The position numbers and the translations under genes were made by a program. From NCBI GenBank assembly GCA_964635055.1, contig CAZWMT010000006.1:70896-134895 (forward strand): a stretch of 64,000 bases of DNA, in the 5' to 3' direction. Below are positions 59,998 to 64,000 of this stretch, one piece after another (position 1 is the stretch's first letter; the number at the start of each line of letters is the position of its first letter). Source of the DNA: an uncultured Microthrixaceae bacterium (GTDB lineage Bacteria; Actinomycetota; Acidimicrobiia; Acidimicrobiales; DATDAH01). The notes beneath the pieces were generated by a model. That model was not told the origin of the DNA. It saw only the letters and a list, made by a program, of their open reading frames with translations, and ran no database searches.

Positions 59998-61422
59998 TCA
60001 GAACTGGAAGTAGATGAAGGGTACGGCCTCGCCGCCGCTGAAGAGGATGATGGCCACGATGAACGAGCCGTAGAGCATGCCCTGCACCGCCGGGCGCAGG
60101 GCCAGCATCGGGGTGTGGGTCTCGCGGTTGCGCTGGGTGAGGTCGATGGTGAGGCTGATCAGGGCCACCAGGGCCAGCAGGGGCACGAAGCCGGCCGCCA
60201 CGGTGCCGGACTGGAGGGTGAAGATGCCCCGGATCACGTCGAAGGCCTGGGTGAAGTTCGCGGCCCGGAAGAAGATCCAGGCGAAGCACACGAACTGGAA
60301 CGTGACGATCGCCGGGACGATGTCGACCCGGGTGAAGCGACCTGGCCGGTTGTGGGTACGGGACGAGCCGGTGCGCTCCTGGTAGTAGCGGTGGGCGCAC
60401 AGGTAGAGGCCGTGAAGGCCGCCCCACGCCACGAACGTCCACGCCGCACCGTGCCAGAGCCCGCCGATCAACATGGTGAGCATGAGGTTGCGGTAGGTGG
60501 TGCGGTCGGTGCCCCGGTTGCCCCCCAGTGGGATGTACAGGTAGTCGCGCAGCCAGTTCGACAGCGAGATGTGCCAGGTGCGCCAGAAGACGGTGGGGTT
60601 CCGCGACAGGTACGGCTGCTCGAAGTTGATGGGAAGCTCGATCCCCAGCAGGCGTGACGAGCCGCGGGCGATGTCGGAGTAGCCGGCGAAGTCGCCGTAG
60701 ATCTGCAGTGCGAAGCCCCAGGTCGCCGCCACCAGCGTGATCCAGGACTGCTCACCCGGACGGGCGAACGCCTCGTTCACGTAGGGCGCGATGGCGTCGG
60801 CGATCACCACCTTCTTGAACAGCCCGAGCAGGATGAGGGCGAGGCCCGACTTCACCTGCTCCCAGCGCAGCGGGGGCCGGTCGTGCTCGAACTGGGGCAA
60901 CTGGATGTGCGCCCGGCCGATGGGCCCCGCGACCAGCTGGGGGAAGTAGGCGACGAAGACGGCGAAGTCCAAGACGTTGTCCGCCGGCTCGATGTCGCGG
61001 CGGAACACGTCGAAGGTGTAGGAGATGCCGTGGAACGTGTAGAAGCTGATGCCCACCGGCAACAGCACCCGGAGGGTCGGCTCGTTGGCCTGGATGCCGA
61101 GGCCGTCGAGCAGGTCGACCGCCGAGCCGATGAAGAAGTTGAAGTACTTGAAGAAGCCGAGCACCACCAGGTTGAGGCCCAGGCTGATGGCGAAGGCCCG
61201 CTTGCGCTGCCGGTCCTCCTCGTGGGCGGCCAGGTAGCGGCCCACCAGGTAGTCCACCGCCGTGGTGAGCCACATCAGCCCGAGGAAGCGCCAGTCCCAC
61301 AGGCCGTAGAACAGCCAGGACGCGAAGAGCAGCAGCAGGTTCTGGCCGCGCCGCTTGAGCTGCCAGTAGACGGCGAAGACCACGGGCAGGAAGAGCGCGT
61401 ACTGGAGGGAGTTGAATACCAC
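59998..61422 (-). CDS. MBOAT family O-acyltransferase (AlgI/DltB/PatA-like)
   Basis: GTG start at 61422. Polytopic. 'FWRTWHISLSNWLRDYLYIPLGGNR' contains the conserved His. Confidence 0.9.
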   Translation of the reverse strand: MVFNSLQYALFLPVVFAVYWQLKRRGQNLLLLFASWLFYGLWDWRFLGLMWLTTAVDYLVGRYLAAHEEDRQRKRAFAISLGLNLVVLGFFKYFNFFIGSAVDLLDGLGIQANEPTLRVLLPVGISFYTFHGISYTFDVFRRDIEPADNVLDFAVFVAYFPQLVAGPIGRAHIQLPQFEHDRPPLRWEQVKSGLALILLGLFKKVVIADAIAPYVNEAFARPGEQSWITLVAATWGFALQIYGDFAGYSDIARGSSRLLGIELPINFEQPYLSRNPTVFWRTWHISLSNWLRDYLYIPLGGNRGTDRTTYRNLMLTMLIGGLWHGAAWTFVAWGGLHGLYLCAHRYYQERTGSSRTHNRPGRFTRVDIVPAIVTFQFVCFAWIFFRAANFTQAFDVIRGIFTLQSGTVAAGFVPLLALVALISLTIDLTQRNRETHTPMLALRPAVQGMLYGSFIVAIILFSGGEAVPFIYFQF

Positions 61423-61431
61423 GGGTCGCTA

Positions 61432-61456
61432 GGTGTCCGGGGGAGGGTGTCCGGGG
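61432..61456. repeat. Direct repeat GGTGTCCGGGG x2 (14-nt period) just upstream of the MBOAT start
   Basis: Copies at 61432-61442 and 61446-61456. On the coding (minus) strand the leader is C-rich, with no SD. Confidence 0.6.
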
Positions 61457-61477
61457 AGTGGTTCCGGTCGGGAGGCG

Positions 61478-63982
61478 TCAGGCCTCGGAGAGGGTGAGCG
61501 CGTTGTTGATGACGCCGAGGTGAGAGTACGCCTGCGGGTGGTTGCCGAGAGAGCGCCCGTGCTCGGGGTCGTACTCCTCGGGCAACAGGCCCGTGGGGCC
61601 GGCCAGTTCGACGAGGCGCTCGAACAGCTCGTGGGCGTCTGCGGTCCGCCCCACCAGGTGCAGGGCGTCGATCAGCCACGACGTCATGAGGTGGAAGCCA
61701 CCCTCGGTGCCGGGGAGCCCGTCGTCGTGGTGGTAGCGGTAGACGGTGGGCCCGACCCGGAGCTCGCGCTCGACGGCCTCGACCGTCGCCACGAACCGGG
61801 GATCGTCGGCCTCGACCAGCCCCGAGAGACCCACGGCGAGCACCGACGCATCGAGGTCGGTCCCGTCGTAGGCCGCGGTGAACGCGCCGACGTCGTCCTT
61901 CCAGCCGTGCTCGAGCACGTCGGTGGCGATGCGCTCGCGGAGGGCCTGCCACTCGTGCTGGTCGGGGTCGGTGAAGTGCTCGGCCACGGCGATGGCCCGG
62001 TCGACGGTGACCCAGCACATGACCTTCGAGTGCACGTGGTGGCGGGGGGCCTTGCGGATCTCCCAGATGCCGTTGTCGGGCTCGTGCCAGCGGCGCTCGA
62101 CCGCGCGCACCATGGCCTCGACCAGACGCCAGTGCTGCGACGACAGCGGGGCGCCGGCGTCGACGAGCAGCCGCACCAGGTCGACGATGGGGCCGAAGAC
62201 GTCGAGCTGCACCTGGCGCTCGGCCGCGTTCCCCACCCGCACGGGCCGGCTGCCGGCGTAGCCCGCCAGCTCCGCGATCTCGGCCTCGGGGGGCAGGTGA
62301 CGGCCCGTCACCAGGTAGAGCGGGTGGAGGCGCTCGGGGTCGTCGCGCTGCTCGAGGATCCGCAGCACCCAGTCGAGGTAGGCCATGGCCTCCTCGTCGC
62401 TGCCCAGGCGCACGAGCGCGGCGGCGCTGAGGGCGGCGTCACGCAGCCAGCAGTAGCGGTAGTCCCAGTTCCGCACGCCGCCCAGGTGCTCGGGCAGGCT
62501 GGTGGTGGGGGCGGCCAGGATGGCGCCGGTGGGCGCGTGGCACAGCGCCTTCAGGACCAGCGCGCTGCGCCGCACGAGCGGGCCCTGCACCTCGGGGTGG
62601 CGCAGCCGGTCGGCCCAGTCGGTCCAGAACCGGTCGGTGGCCTCCCGGCGGGCGGCCTCGTCGGCGGCCTCGGCCCGGAGGTTGGCGGTGCCGCAGCGCA
62701 ACTCGAGCACCCGGGGGCCGTCGCGCAGGTCGACCCGGGCGCGGGCGGTCTGGTGGGGGCCGTCCTCGACGATCTCCCAGTCGATCCCCGGGGCCCGGAG
62801 GACCATCAGGTCGGATGCACCCTCCACCTCGATGCCGTCGTCGCGGCGCCCGAGCCGTGTCGGGAACCGTCCGAAGTCGAGCCGCGGGGCGAATTCCACG
62901 ACCGCGTCGTCGTCGCCCTCGAGCACCCGGATGAGATCGCTGCGGCCGGCGAGCCGGCCGGGCCGACCCCCCGAGCAGTCGAGGTAGTCGGTGGTGGTCA
63001 TCCGGGGCCACGTCGTCTCGAGCACCATGGTGTCGCCCAGGTAGCGCTGGCGCGACGGCGCCCCTCCGTCGGCCGGCCCGACCCGGAACGCACCGGCCCC
63101 CGGCCCACCCACGAGCTCGGCGAACACGGCCGCCGAGTCGATGCGGGGCACACACCACCAGACGATGCCGGCGTCGGGGGTGACGATGGCCGCGGTGCGC
63201 AGGTCGGAGAGCATCGAGTGCTCGTCGATGGCGGCGATGCCGGCGCCGGCCAGCCACGACGACCGCTGCTCGTTCAACTGGGCCAGCAGCCGGCCGACCG
63301 CCACGGTGCCCCCGACCCGGAACTCGGCCATGGTGGGCGCGTCACCCACCTTCACCCCCACGTCGGGCCCGGTGAGGGTGGCGAAGGCATCCTCGTCGGT
63401 GACGTCGTCGCCGAGGTAGAGCACGGTCGAGGCGCCCACCTGGTGGCGGATGGCCTCGAGGGCCTTGCCCTTGTCGGTGGGTATGAGGGCCAGCTCCACC
63501 ACGTGGTTGAGGTGGCGCACGTGCACGCCGTCGAGCGCGCCGGGGCCGGCCTCGATCTCGGCCAGCGCGGCGTCGGCTGCGGCGGTTGCCACGGTGCGGT
63601 AGTGGAAGGCCACGGCCGCGGGCTTGGGCTCGACGATGGCGCCCTCGGTGCGCAGCGCGATGGCCCGCAGGGCCGTCTCGACCTTGGCCCGGACGGCGGT
63701 GGTCTCCGGGCTGAGCCCGGCGCCGAACCCGATGTCGAACTCGGTGCCGTGGCTGCCCACCAGATGTATCTCGGCGGGCATGCGGCTGAGGGTGGCGAGG
63801 TCGCGCAGCGAGCGTCCGGAGATCACCGCGACATGGGTCTGGGGCAACAGGGCCAGTGCCCGCATGGCCACGACCGTCTCGCGGTAGGGGTGCGCGGCCA
63901 TGGGGTCATCCACGAGGGGGGCGACGGTGCCGTCGTAGTCGCAGGCCACGAGGAGCTGCGGGGCGCGCGCCAGGTGGGCCAT
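61478..63982 (-). CDS. Fusion protein: trehalose-6-phosphate phosphatase (HAD-IIB, OtsB-like) + glycoside hydrolase family 15 domain
   Basis: N-terminus: 'LVACDYDGTVAP' (DxDGT), 'VISGRS', 'YLGDDVTDEDAF'. C-terminus: 'NWDYRYCWLRDAA' and a GH15-like (alpha/alpha)6 pattern running to 'YSHLGVINNAL'. Confidence 0.85.
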   Translation of the reverse strand: MAHLARAPQLLVACDYDGTVAPLVDDPMAAHPYRETVVAMRALALLPQTHVAVISGRSLRDLATLSRMPAEIHLVGSHGTEFDIGFGAGLSPETTAVRAKVETALRAIALRTEGAIVEPKPAAVAFHYRTVATAAADAALAEIEAGPGALDGVHVRHLNHVVELALIPTDKGKALEAIRHQVGASTVLYLGDDVTDEDAFATLTGPDVGVKVGDAPTMAEFRVGGTVAVGRLLAQLNEQRSSWLAGAGIAAIDEHSMLSDLRTAAIVTPDAGIVWWCVPRIDSAAVFAELVGGPGAGAFRVGPADGGAPSRQRYLGDTMVLETTWPRMTTTDYLDCSGGRPGRLAGRSDLIRVLEGDDDAVVEFAPRLDFGRFPTRLGRRDDGIEVEGASDLMVLRAPGIDWEIVEDGPHQTARARVDLRDGPRVLELRCGTANLRAEAADEAARREATDRFWTDWADRLRHPEVQGPLVRRSALVLKALCHAPTGAILAAPTTSLPEHLGGVRNWDYRYCWLRDAALSAAALVRLGSDEEAMAYLDWVLRILEQRDDPERLHPLYLVTGRHLPPEAEIAELAGYAGSRPVRVGNAAERQVQLDVFGPIVDLVRLLVDAGAPLSSQHWRLVEAMVRAVERRWHEPDNGIWEIRKAPRHHVHSKVMCWVTVDRAIAVAEHFTDPDQHEWQALRERIATDVLEHGWKDDVGAFTAAYDGTDLDASVLAVGLSGLVEADDPRFVATVEAVERELRVGPTVYRYHHDDGLPGTEGGFHLMTSWLIDALHLVGRTADAHELFERLVELAGPTGLLPEEYDPEHGRSLGNHPQAYSHLGVINNALTLSEA

Positions 63983-64000
63983 GCGTGCCCCGAGCGGCGC

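Overview
Very GC-rich, actinobacterial-type chromosomal DNA (about 70% GC by eye, with third codon positions almost all G/C). I call about 50 protein-coding genes. I found no rRNA, tRNA, CRISPR array, transposase, integrase or phage gene. Long stop-free antisense ORFs are common here, so I only called CDS where the translation shows recognisable family motifs or clear coding bias. The ORF track prints GTG and TTG starts as M, and several starts were re-placed accordingly.

Gene content is mostly cell-envelope and secreted proteins:
- two tandem secreted RCC1-repeat paralogs
- two SLH-domain exoproteins
- M15 and M23 peptidases, an L,D-transpeptidase and a class A PBP
- a four-gene minus-strand cluster: Rpf-like lipoprotein, NodB deacetylase, Pro/Gly-rich membrane protein and Ser/Thr kinase
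- an MBOAT plus SGNH O-acyltransferase pair
- an S8 protease
- an operon of three beta-propeller lipoproteins

Housekeeping and accessory enzymes sit between these: GH3, crotonase, acyl-CoA dehydrogenase, aldehyde dehydrogenase, PPK2, D-aminoacylase, a molybdopterin oxidoreductase, an MSOX-type oxidase and an OtsB-GH15 fusion.

The least expected signals are non-coding. Two interspersed families of structured intergenic repeats occur across the window.
- Family A is a 17-18 bp-stem palindrome with 5 copies.
- Family B is a 60-90 nt unit with about 6-7 copies at 4 loci. It includes tandem arrays and an identical 43-nt Shine-Dalgarno leader in front of two unrelated genes.
- Both families keep their stems through compensatory base-pair changes.

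Other candidates for follow-up:
- an orphan ParA-like ATPase coupled to an acidic, repeat-rich, tail-anchored partner
- a frameshifted propeller/RTX gene
- a lipoprotein signal peptide reachable only from a CTG start
- an orphan D12 adenine methyltransferase behind a perfect 14-bp inverted repeat

I cannot identify one single novel system with confidence. All functional statements rest on motif reading by eye and need database confirmation.
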